A stretch of DNA of 63,336 bases, the filler included, from Coriobacteriales bacterium (GTDB lineage: Bacteria > Actinomycetota > Coriobacteriia > Coriobacteriales > UBA8131): assembly GCA_031263105.1 (NCBI GenBank). It is 6 parts of 6 records of this genome, joined end to end, with 100 filler letters (N's around TTAATTAATTAA, not from the genome) between each part and the next. Parts side by side here need not be neighbours in the genome. Positions count along the whole stretch, not along the records: positions 49,389 to 58,668 come from JAISGJ010000146.1; positions 58,769 to 63,336 come from JAISGJ010000016.1; 4 more parts are not named here. One strand, written 5' to 3'. The notes below the pieces were generated by a model. That model was not told the DNA's origin and searched no databases. It saw only the letters and a list, made by a program, of their open reading frames with translations. Position numbers and translations under genes: made by a program. Positions 55,949 through 63,336 of this stretch are shown one piece after another (position 1 is the stretch's first letter; each line of letters begins with the position of its first letter).

Positions 55949-57373
55949 ATGGACGCCTCGGGTGTGACAGGGGGACGTATAATCTGTCACATTGCTGACA
56001 GAGGGGAATCAGGCGACAAAGAAGCGAAGGGCAATGAGACAGATTATACGTCCCCCTGTCACACACATCGCGAGAACCACGCAGGCGAGCCGGTGCATCA
56101 CCGTCACGCCCACGCGCCTGCGTCCCGCCACCCGCAGGGACACCACCTTCTCCAAGTCGAAGGCCTGAGCGTCGGCTTCACGATGTACGATCCCGACGAG
56201 CCGCGCTTCTTCCGGGCGAGGCGCATTGCCGTGCCGGTCATACACGACCTGCACGTCAGCGTCCATGCAGGCGAGATAGTAGCCGTCGTGGGGGCGTCGG
56301 GGTCGGGCAAGACCCTGCTCGCCGACGCGATCATGGGGATGTTCGAACCCAACGCGACGGTGCAGGGCCGCATCTGGTTCGACGGCATCGAGCAGGACGC
56401 CTCCTCGCTGGCCCGCCTGCGCGGCAACGGCATCTCCCTGGTGCCGCAGAGCGTGAACTACCTCGACCCCCTCATGAGGGTCGGACGACAGGTCAAAGGC
56501 GACGCACGAATGCGCCGGAAGACGCGTGCGAGGAGGCGGCCGTCCTTCTCCCCAAGCTCGCATGCCGAGGCAGAGCCGTCCTTGTCCCCAGATTCGCACG
56601 CCAAGGCAGAGCCGCCCCTGCCTCTTGGCTCCCGCAGGCGTTCCGCACGGCTTGCGGAGCTGTTCGAGCGGTACGGCCTGCCTCCCGAGGTCGCCGACCG
56701 GTATCCCCATGAGCTCTCCGGCGGCATGGCCCGTCGCGTGCTGCTCTGTTGCGCGCTCATGGACGATCCGCAGGTCATAATCGCCGACGAGCCGACCCCC
56801 GGCCTCGACCTCGAGCTGGCGCAGCGAGCGCTGGAGGACCTCCGCCGCTTTGCCGACGAGGGCGGAGGCGTCCTGCTCATCACGCACGACATCGAGCTGG
56901 CGCTACGGGTCGCCGACCGCGTGGCGGTCTTCAAGGACGGCACCGTCGTCGAGGAGACCGCAGTCGCGGACTTCGCTTCCCCCCACACCCTGCGACACGC
57001 GTTCAGCAAGGCCCTCTGGCACGCCCTCCCCGAGCATGACTTCTCCTGTCGCCGTCACCAGAAGTCGTACCGTCCCCACTGTCACCGTCCCCACTGTGCT
57101 CGCTTGAGGCCCGCGACCTCCACTTCTCCTATCCGGGGCAGCCTCCGCTCTTCACGGGCCTCGACCTTGCGATGGGCCCACAGGAACGCGTGGCGCTCTT
57201 TGCTCCCTCGGGCGCAGGGAAGTCCACGCTCTGCAAGCTGCTCGCCGGCTACCTTGAGCCGCAGGACGGCAGCGTCCTCGTCGATGGCACGCCGTTGCCG
57301 CGCCAGGGCATCTGCCCGGTGCAGCTCGTCTGGCAGCACCCCGAGCAGGCCCTTGACACCCATATGCGTATGA
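55949..57373 (+). CDS. ABC ATP-binding protein 1 (NikD/DppD-like); domain ends near 57045 and the ORF runs on over the next gene
   Basis: GASGSGKT, YPHELSGGMARR, IIADEPT, LITHD; His-rich N-terminus. Confidence 0.85.
   Translation: MDASGVTGGRIICHIADRGESGDKEAKGNETDYTSPCHTHRENHAGEPVHHRHAHAPASRHPQGHHLLQVEGLSVGFTMYDPDEPRFFRARRIAVPVIHDLHVSVHAGEIVAVVGASGSGKTLLADAIMGMFEPNATVQGRIWFDGIEQDASSLARLRGNGISLVPQSVNYLDPLMRVGRQVKGDARMRRKTRARRRPSFSPSSHAEAEPSLSPDSHAKAEPPLPLGSRRRSARLAELFERYGLPPEVADRYPHELSGGMARRVLLCCALMDDPQVIIADEPTPGLDLELAQRALEDLRRFADEGGGVLLITHDIELALRVADRVAVFKDGTVVEETAVADFASPHTLRHAFSKALWHALPEHDFSCRRHQKSYRPHCHRPHCARLRPATSTSPIRGSLRSSRASTLRWAHRNAWRSLLPRAQGSPRSASCSPATLSRRTAASSSMARRCRARASARCSSSGSTPSRPLTPICV
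55962..56064. repeat. 27-bp perfect inverted repeat within the 5' end of the ATPase ORF
   Basis: GTGTGACAGGGGGACGTATAATCTGTC ... GACAGATTATACGTCCCCCTGTCACAC. Confidence 0.9.
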
Positions 57374-57714
57374 ACGATGCCCTGGCGGAGGTCGGCGGAG
57401 CTGCCAACAAGGCCGATGCGGCCCTGCTGGCCGAGCTGCGGCAGGAGCTTGGCATACGCGACGAGTGGCTCTACCGCCATCCTCACGAGCTGAGCGGTGG
57501 GGAGCTTCAGCGCTTCTGCATCGCCCGCGCCCTTGCCGCAAGGCCACGCTTCGTCATCGCCGACGAGATCAGCACCATGCTCGACGCGGTGACCCAGGCA
57601 CATATCTGGCAGGTGCTCCTCGATGCCTGCGAAGCCCACCGCATCGGCCTCGTCTTCGTATCCCACTCCCCCGCCCTCACCGCCCGCCTCGCTACCCGCG
57701 TCGTCGAGCTCTGA
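57103..57714 (+). CDS. ABC ATP-binding protein 2; natural start not evident
   Basis: LEARDLHFSY from 57103; APSGAGKST; HPHELSGGELQR; IADE; first in-frame ATG only at 57172. Confidence 0.8.
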   Translation, partial: LEARDLHFSYPGQPPLFTGLDLAMGPQERVALFAPSGAGKSTLCKLLAGYLEPQDGSVLVDGTPLPRQGICPVQLVWQHPEQALDTHMRMNDALAEVGGAANKADAALLAELRQELGIRDEWLYRHPHELSGGELQRFCIARALAARPRFVIADEISTMLDAVTQAHIWQVLLDACEAHRIGLVFVSHSPALTARLATRVVEL

Positions 57715-57836
57715 GCTTGCTTAGGAATTGTAAAGTAATAAACTGTACGATAGCCTGTGGAACAGATTGCCCCGGGTCAAGGCGGGAACAGGCGGCCCTA
57801 CTTGTGGCAATGCCGCCTGTTCCCAACGCAGAGCTG

Positions 57837-57998
57837 GTTACTGTGCACACCCCCACTGTCATTCCGAGCCTGCCGAGGAATCTTTGGACGCGCAGTGTCC
57901 AACGGCAGGTCAGGGGGCCCTTCGACCTGCGGTCGACCGCTGGCGCGGCCGAGGGTCCCTCGACAGGCTCGGGATGAGAGTGGGGTGTGCACAGTAAC
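57837..57998. mobile_element. Palindromic element copy 11, complete 162 bp, with 8-bp TSD
   Basis: GTTACTGTGCACACCCC / GGGGTGTGCACAGTAAC; CAGAGCTG at 57829-57836 and 57999-58006. Confidence 0.93.
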
Positions 57999-58053
57999 CA
58001 GAGCTGGGGCAATCTGACCGCAGGATACGTACAAGATATTACTTTACAGTTCC

Positions 58054-58668
58054 TTAGTAGCTCAACGCGCGGTTGCCCAGCGGGGCGCGTATGGCTGCGA
58101 GGCCTGCATGGCTGATGGGCCTGTCCTTGCCGACGTAGGGGTCGTTGTAGTAGAAGTTCTGCTCGTCGAAGCCTGTGATGGCGACGCAGTGCAGGCCCGA
58201 GCCGTACCGGATCCAGCAGGCGATGGCCTTGCCCGCCCGCAGGTAGGCCTTGAAGGTGTCGAGCGATGCCCCCGTGAGGTCCACCGCCGAACCTGCATAG
58301 GAGCGAACCGTACCGAGCAGCGCGGGCGGGTAGATGGTCACGCCGCTCCAGGTGCGGGGATTGCCCACGAAGCCCAGGTCGGGGTTGCTGCCGTGATAGG
58401 GCATGGCACGCACCACGTCCTCGATGCTCACGTCGTAACCGGCATGCGACAACATCATGGCGACCGAGGCAGCCTCACAGCCAGTGGGATAGCCAGGGAG
58501 CTGTAGGAACAACGGCACGTCGAGCCTGACCTGCGACGCCTCGTAGGCCGTCGCCCTGAAGCTGAACTTCTGCGCGTTGCGGTCCCTGTTGGTCGTGACG
58601 GCCACGGCGTTGGCGCCGGCCCTGCCCGTGCCCGTGCCCGCCAGCCAGGCCCCGGACTTGGACTGGAG
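58054..58668 (-). CDS. C39-like cysteine peptidase domain (3' part of a larger gene)
   Basis: LDVPLFLQLP.YPTGCEAAS (Cys), LHCVAITG (His), YYNDP (Asp); truncated by contig end. Confidence 0.85.
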   Translation of the reverse strand, partial: LQSKSGAWLAGTGTGRAGANAVAVTTNRDRNAQKFSFRATAYEASQVRLDVPLFLQLPGYPTGCEAASVAMMLSHAGYDVSIEDVVRAMPYHGSNPDLGFVGNPRTWSGVTIYPPALLGTVRSYAGSAVDLTGASLDTFKAYLRAGKAIACWIRYGSGLHCVAITGFDEQNFYYNDPYVGKDRPISHAGLAAIRAPLGNRALSY

Positions 58669-58768
58669 NNNNNNNNNNNNNNNNNNNNNNNNNNNNNNNN
58701 NNNNNNNNNNNNTTAATTAATTAANNNNNNNNNNNNNNNNNNNNNNNNNNNNNNNNNNNNNNNNNNNN
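58669..58768. other. Artificial contig spacer
   Basis: N44-TTAATTAATTAA-N44. Confidence 0.99.
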
Positions 58769-58975
58769 GCCGCCCCGGCCCCCACTGCCGCCCCGGCCCC
58801 CACTGCCGCCCCGGCCCCCACTGTCATTCCGAGCCTGTCGAGGAATCTTCGACCGCGCCAGCGGTCGACTGCGGGTCGAAGGATCCCCCGACCTGCAGTT
58901 GGTCGCTTCGCGACCAAAGATTCCTCGGCTTCGCTTCGCTGCGCTCGGAATGACAGTGGAGGTGTGACCTGTAGC
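58769..58975. mobile_element. Palindromic element copy 12, overlapping the rpiB 3' end
   Basis: Tandem arm units, three-hairpin core, right end GGTGTGACCTGTAGC. Confidence 0.88.
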
Positions 58976-59477
58976 CGACAACGCCGCTCGCCGCAGCGCC
59001 GCAGCGCTGGTGCTCCAGGGCATGTATCAGGGCGACGCGGTCGGCATGGCGGCCCCCGCCGAAGGTCGCGTCGAGGAAGCCCGCAAGGATCGCCTTGTTG
59101 GTCGCGACATCGACGAAGCGGCCCGAGAGGGTGATGACGTTCGCGTCGTTGTGCTCCCGGGCAAGGGCGGCGAAGGCGGGGCTGGTGACGTTCGCGGCGC
59201 GGATGCCGTCTGTCTTGTTGGCGGCAATCGCCATGCCGATGCCCGTCCCGCAGACGAGGACGCCGAGGTCGGCCGCGCCGCCTGCCACCTCTTCGGCGAC
59301 AAGAGCGGCGAAGCGGGGGTAGTCGACCCGCTCGTCGGTCTCAGGCCCGAGGTCGTGCACGTCGAGGCCCTGGCCGACAAGCCAGGCGGCCAGCTGCTGC
59401 TTCTGCTCGAAGCCGGCATGGTCGCTCGCTATCGCGATGCGCGTCCGCGTGTCGACTCGCGCCTGCGTGTCACTCAT
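58824..59477 (-). CDS. rpiB: Ribose-5-phosphate isomerase B with element-derived C-terminal extension
   Basis: IAIASDHAG, VDYP, LVCGTGIGMAIAANK, AREHNDAN, FGGGRHADRV. Confidence 0.95.
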   Translation of the reverse strand: MSDTQARVDTRTRIAIASDHAGFEQKQQLAAWLVGQGLDVHDLGPETDERVDYPRFAALVAEEVAGGAADLGVLVCGTGIGMAIAANKTDGIRAANVTSPAFAALAREHNDANVITLSGRFVDVATNKAILAGFLDATFGGGRHADRVALIHALEHQRCGAAASGVVGYRSHLHCHSERSEAKPRNLWSRSDQLQVGGSFDPQSTAGAVEDSSTGSE

Positions 59478-59483
59478 GACCTG

Positions 59484-59751
59484 TCCTCACGTCCTTTCCG
59501 CCCGATTCGCTCGTGCCCCCGCCCGTAGGGGACGGCGGGCCAGAGGGGGAAGCGGCCTTCTACCTGTACGCTCGTGCTCCCGCCCGTAGGGGACGGCGTC
59601 CTCGACGTCCCGCACCGCCGCCGCACGGCACGAGGGCCCTCACGTCCCTTCCGCCCGCTCGTGCCCCCGCCCGTAGGGGACGGCGTCCTCGACGTCCCGC
59701 ACCGCCGCCGCACGGCACGAGGGCCCTCACGTCCCTTCCGCCCGCTCGTGC
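59484..59751. repeat. 87-bp tandem duplication containing GTAG-type REP hairpins
   Basis: CGCTCGTG at 59569, 59656, 59743; GTAGGGGACGGCGTCCTCGACGTCCC in each full unit. Confidence 0.85.
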
Positions 59752-60362
59752 GAACAGTGTAGCAGAAGGGCGCCGCTGCGCAGGATGCGGGGCTCCGCTC
59801 CCAGGCAGGAGACGATGGTCGAGGGCTGGTCGCCCGGTGTAGGGCCGCCGTCCAGCATCAGGGCGAGACGCTCGGCGAGCACCGGGTCGAAGCCGCTGCG
59901 CTCCAAGGCCGCCTCGCCGCCCTGGAGGTTCGCGCTCGTGGTGGCCAGCGGCGCTTGGAGCGCACGGACGAGCGCACGCGGGACGGGATGCGCACTCGCA
60001 CGCAGGGCCAGGCTGCCGTCGCGTGCGACGAAGCGGGGCGGGGCGGCGCAAGAGGCGCGCACGACGAGGGTGAGCGCGCCCGGCCAGTGCGCGCGCGCCA
60101 GCTCGAAGGCGTAGGCCGGCACCTTCTCCCCATACTCCTCCAGAGCGCCGATGCCGTCGACGAGCCAGGGGACGGCCTTGGCGGGGTCGCGCTGCTTGAG
60201 CGCGAAGAGCGCGTCGGGCGAGCCCTGCGGAAGAACCGCCACGCCCAGGCCGTAGACGGTGTCCGTGGGAAAGGCGACGGGGACGCCCCGGCGTGCGAGC
60301 GCAGCCGCCCGCGCTATCGCGTCGGGACGGGGGCATTGAGTGTCGATGTCCAGAATCTCCAT
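59727..60362 (-). CDS. tsaC: L-threonylcarbamoyladenylate synthase (YrdC/Sua5 domain)
   Basis: VAFPTDTVYGL, LKQRDPAK, WPGALTLV, TTSAN, PSTIV. Confidence 0.93.
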   Translation of the reverse strand: MEILDIDTQCPRPDAIARAAALARRGVPVAFPTDTVYGLGVAVLPQGSPDALFALKQRDPAKAVPWLVDGIGALEEYGEKVPAYAFELARAHWPGALTLVVRASCAAPPRFVARDGSLALRASAHPVPRALVRALQAPLATTSANLQGGEAALERSGFDPVLAERLALMLDGGPTPGDQPSTIVSCLGAEPRILRSGALLLHCSHERAEGT

Positions 60363-60379
60363 AAGGGTATAATAGCATT
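60363..60379. promoter_or_regulatory. 17-bp intergenic region with overlapping divergent -10 boxes (probably leaderless)
   Basis: TATAAT 6 nt before the + ATG; TATTAT 6 nt before the - ATG; no SD on the + strand. Confidence 0.65.
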
Positions 60380-61546
60380 ATGAAATCACACTTCCACAGT
60401 TACCTTTTGACCTTCGGGCATATCTGCACCGACATAAGCCAAGGGGCGCTTCCCGCCCTGCTCCCCTTCCTTGTCCTGCAGCACGGCTTCAGCTATGCAG
60501 CGGCGGCGGCGCTCGTCCTTGCGTCGAGCATCGTGTCGACGGTCATACAGCCGCTGTTCGGCTGGCTGGGCGACCGCCTCGACCGCCCGTGGTTCATGGG
60601 CGTGGGCGTCCTCATGGCGGGCTGCGGCATCGCGCTCATCGGCTTCGTCGACAGCTACTGGCTCATGTTCGCGTCGGCCTCCTTCTGCGGCGTCGGCGTC
60701 GCGCTCTTCCACCCGGAGGGCGGCAAGCTCGCCAACGTCGTCGCCGGCAGCGAGAAGGGCGCGGGCATTGCCAACTTCTCCGTCGGCGGGAACATCGGCT
60801 TCGCGCTCGGGCCGGCGCTCGCCGCCTTCGCGCTCGCCGCCTTTGGCATGCGGGGGACGGCGCTCTTCCTCGTGCCCGCCGTCCTTGCGGCCGTCGTGCT
60901 GCTGAGCCAGACGAGGGCCTACACCGCCTTCGGTGCCGAGGAGGCCGCACGTCGGCAGGCCGCAGGGCAGGGCCAGGAGCGCGACGACTGGCCGGGCTTC
61001 CTGAAGCTGACCTCGGTGAACACCCTGCGCTCCATCGTCGGAACCGGGCTTTTGGTGTTCGTGCCCCTGTACTGGGTGGCGGTTCTCGGACAGCCCCAGG
61101 AGCTGGCCGCGCTTATGCTCACCTTCTACTCGGCCACCGGCGCCGTCGCGACCTTTTTCGGAGGGCGCATCGCCGACAAGGTCGGCTTCAAGCGGATGAT
61201 CCTGTTGAGCTTCTGCATAAGCGCACCTTTGCTCGGCCTGTTCGTGCTCAATTCGAATCCCCTCGTCGCGACCGTGCTCATCCTCCTCGTCTCCCTCTCC
61301 CACGGCATGGCCTACAGCCCACTCATCGCCCTCGGGCAGTCCTACCTCCCCAACCGCCTGGGCCTCGCCTCGGGGATCTCGCTGGGCGTGGTCGTGAGCG
61401 TCGGCGGCATGGCCTCCCCCGCCATCGGCCTCGTGGGCGACAACTTCGGCCTGACGCTCTCCATGGCCCTCATCTGCGCAGTGTCATTCCTCGCCGCCGC
61501 CCTCTCCCTCCTCGTCCTCCGCCACCGCAGGCCCCCCGAAGACTGA
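60380..61546 (+). CDS. MFS transporter (Fsr/fosmidomycin-resistance-like)
   Basis: GHICTD, QPLFGWLGDR, ALFHPEG, FSVGGNIGFALGP, GGRIADKVG; about 12 TM helices. Confidence 0.9.
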   Translation: MKSHFHSYLLTFGHICTDISQGALPALLPFLVLQHGFSYAAAAALVLASSIVSTVIQPLFGWLGDRLDRPWFMGVGVLMAGCGIALIGFVDSYWLMFASASFCGVGVALFHPEGGKLANVVAGSEKGAGIANFSVGGNIGFALGPALAAFALAAFGMRGTALFLVPAVLAAVVLLSQTRAYTAFGAEEAARRQAAGQGQERDDWPGFLKLTSVNTLRSIVGTGLLVFVPLYWVAVLGQPQELAALMLTFYSATGAVATFFGGRIADKVGFKRMILLSFCISAPLLGLFVLNSNPLVATVLILLVSLSHGMAYSPLIALGQSYLPNRLGLASGISLGVVVSVGGMASPAIGLVGDNFGLTLSMALICAVSFLAAALSLLVLRHRRPPED

Positions 61547-61619
61547 GCGGAGGCAAGGCGAACCGAGGAAGCGGGTTGCGCTGTCGGAGTTACTGGCAGA
61601 CCGCCGGATGAGCGAGAGC

Positions 61620-61864
61620 GTTACTGTTCAGACCTCATTGTCATTCCGAACCCCACTGTCATCCCGAGCCCCACTGTCATTCCGAGCCCCACTGTCATTC
61701 CGAGCCCCACTGTCATTCCGAGCCCCACTGTCATTCCGAGCCCCACTGTCATTCCGAGCCTGCCGAGGAATCTTTGGCTGCGGAGCAGCCAACTGACCCT
61801 GTTGGGCGCTGATGCGCCCAAAGATTCCTCGGCTTCGCTCGGAATGACAGTGGGGCGTGAACAC
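61620..61864. mobile_element. Palindromic element copy 13 with about seven tandem 18-bp arm units
   Basis: GTTACTGTTCA start; CCCCACTGTCATTCCGAG repeats; two-hairpin core; GACAGTGGGGCGTGAAC end. Confidence 0.88.
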
Positions 61865-61941
61865 AAGAGCACCTTCTACCGCCGCCTGCGCGAGATGCGC
61901 AGGCTCAAACGGAGCGACGAGATGGTAGAGAATAGGTTGGC

Positions 61942-63198
61942 ATGCTAACAGTTGCCCATACGCAGCCTGAGCCGACAGAAACCATCATTTTTGCAAACAT
62001 CACAGACCTCCAGCTTGAGGAGCGCCTCCACTTCGAGGCTAAGGCCGCATTGGGCGGGGTGCCAAACAGCACTTGGGAGACCTACTCTGCCTTCGCAAAC
62101 ACCGACGGTGGCACCATCTGCCTGGGCGCGGCTGAGGACAAGAGGAAGAACGTTTACATCGAGGGCGTCGAGAACCCCGCCAAGACCATCAAGGAGTTCT
62201 GGGACATTATCAACAACCAGAACAAGGTCAGCTGCAACGTATTGCCGCCTGGCAATGTTTGGCGTGACGAGGTGGACGGCAAACAGGTCGTATTCGTCAA
62301 AGTCCCTCGCGCCGACCGGCTGTTGCGCCCCATACACATCGGCTCGAACATGTTCGTCGGAACCTATCGACGCAACGGCGAGGGGGACTACCGCTGCACA
62401 CCAGAAGAGGTGCGGGCCATCCTGCGGGACGCCAGCGCCGAACCGCTGGACAATTTCATGCTGCCAGAGTTCGACCTCGAAGACATCAGCATGGATACCG
62501 TGCACGGCTACAGAAACCTCATGCAGTCAGTCAACCCCGAACACATCTGGGCAAAACTACCCGATGAGGAGTTCCTATGCAGAATCGGCGCAGCAGAGAA
62601 AGGCAAAAGCGATGGCGTTGTTCGACCTACTCGCGCTGGACTGCTGTTCTTTGGCTTTGAGTATCGGATAACCCATGAGTTCCCGCAGTATTTCCTCGAT
62701 TACCGCGAGGATTTGAACCCTGCCGTGCGCTGGACAGACCGAGCGGTCTCCAGCTCAGGTCGCTGGAGCGGCAACCTCTTCGACTTCTTCATGAAGGTCG
62801 TCAACAGGCTGGACGACGCTATCAAGAAGCCGTTTAGGCTCGCCGAGAACAACATCACCAGGATTGACGACACCCCAGCCCATAAGGCTATGCGTGAAGC
62901 TATCACCAATTGCTTGGCACACGCAGACCACTTCGGGCGCGAGGGTATAGTCATCGTCCGACACAAGAATCGAATCACGCTGGCGAATCCGGGCATTCTG
63001 CGCATCAGCATGGAGATGGCATTGGAGGGCGGTCACTCCGACCCACGCAACCCGACCATCATGAAGATGTTATCGCTGCTCGACCCTCTCGGGGTTTGGG
63101 GTTCATTAACGTCAACTGACCCGATGCGGTGTGATGAAACATACTTGGTAGCCGTCCCTGCGGCAGTTTGTCAAGGGCTTTCTCATCACGGAGAGTAG
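61942..63198 (+). CDS. AlbA_2 (Schlafen-like) plus HATPase_c_4 protein, apparently 3'-truncated
   Basis: FEAKAA..WETYSAFANTDGGTICLG; AMREAITNCLAHAD; ANPG; PRNPTIMKM, after which the expected ERAGSG-type motif is absent. Confidence 0.8.
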   Translation: MLTVAHTQPEPTETIIFANITDLQLEERLHFEAKAALGGVPNSTWETYSAFANTDGGTICLGAAEDKRKNVYIEGVENPAKTIKEFWDIINNQNKVSCNVLPPGNVWRDEVDGKQVVFVKVPRADRLLRPIHIGSNMFVGTYRRNGEGDYRCTPEEVRAILRDASAEPLDNFMLPEFDLEDISMDTVHGYRNLMQSVNPEHIWAKLPDEEFLCRIGAAEKGKSDGVVRPTRAGLLFFGFEYRITHEFPQYFLDYREDLNPAVRWTDRAVSSSGRWSGNLFDFFMKVVNRLDDAIKKPFRLAENNITRIDDTPAHKAMREAITNCLAHADHFGREGIVIVRHKNRITLANPGILRISMEMALEGGHSDPRNPTIMKMLSLLDPLGVWGSLTSTDPMRCDETYLVAVPAAVCQGLSHHGE

Positions 63199-63336
63199 CA
63201 TCGCCTCCGATGCCGCAGAGGGGATTCATGGATTCAGTGGGTTAGACGTGCTTCAAGAGCTCGGCTGGTTTTATCTCCATCTTGGAGAATGCGAACATCC
63301 GCAAGGCCAAGTCTTTGAGCGATGCTCCAATGTGAT

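Noticed and set aside
61636..61760. CRISPR-like appearance of the 18-19-bp arrays (also 21323-21495, 49159-49288)
   Set aside because: Units are contiguous with no unique spacers and there are no cas genes; they are expanded element arms.

Overview
The window is six assembly contigs joined by artificial 100-nt spacers (N44-TTAATTAATTAA-N44), so gene order across spacers means nothing. The DNA is mostly high-GC bacterial sequence. The Tat-exported Mo-bisPGD enzymes and flavoproteins suggest a Coriobacteriia/Eggerthellaceae-like anaerobe (inference). Contig 1 (1-11321): two convergent DMSO-reductase-family operons whose RBS and Tat leader are an identical 119-bp inverted repeat forming both contig ends. 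Contig 2: IS5-family element, AAA ATPase, gene remnants, gltD, TetR, Tat flavoprotein plus Fe-S subunit. Contig 3: MBOAT/SGNH acylation pair and an xdh-type operon with guaD. Contig 4: a 12-gene operon (GNAT-like, Cys-less thiolase, DUF35, DUF2877, FdrA, DUF1116, cyclase, three-subunit Mo hydroxylase, carbamate kinase, UraA-type permease) with a divergent CdaR/PucR regulator, which reads as an uncharacterised ATP-yielding pyrimidine/ureide pathway; also a BspA/InlB-repeat surface protein. Contig 5: about 2.5 kb of AT-rich, SINE-containing insect-like (probably termite) DNA fused at a poly-G/C tract to a Ni/peptide ABC operon with a NikR-type operator. Contig 6: rpiB, tsaC, an MFS transporter and an apparently truncated AlbA/HATPase gene. 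About 13 copies of a structured palindromic miniature element (GTTAC...GTAAC ends, exact 8-bp target duplications in three copies) are dispersed through the bacterial DNA, one inserted in frame in a gene. All family calls come from motif recognition by eye; no database search was run.
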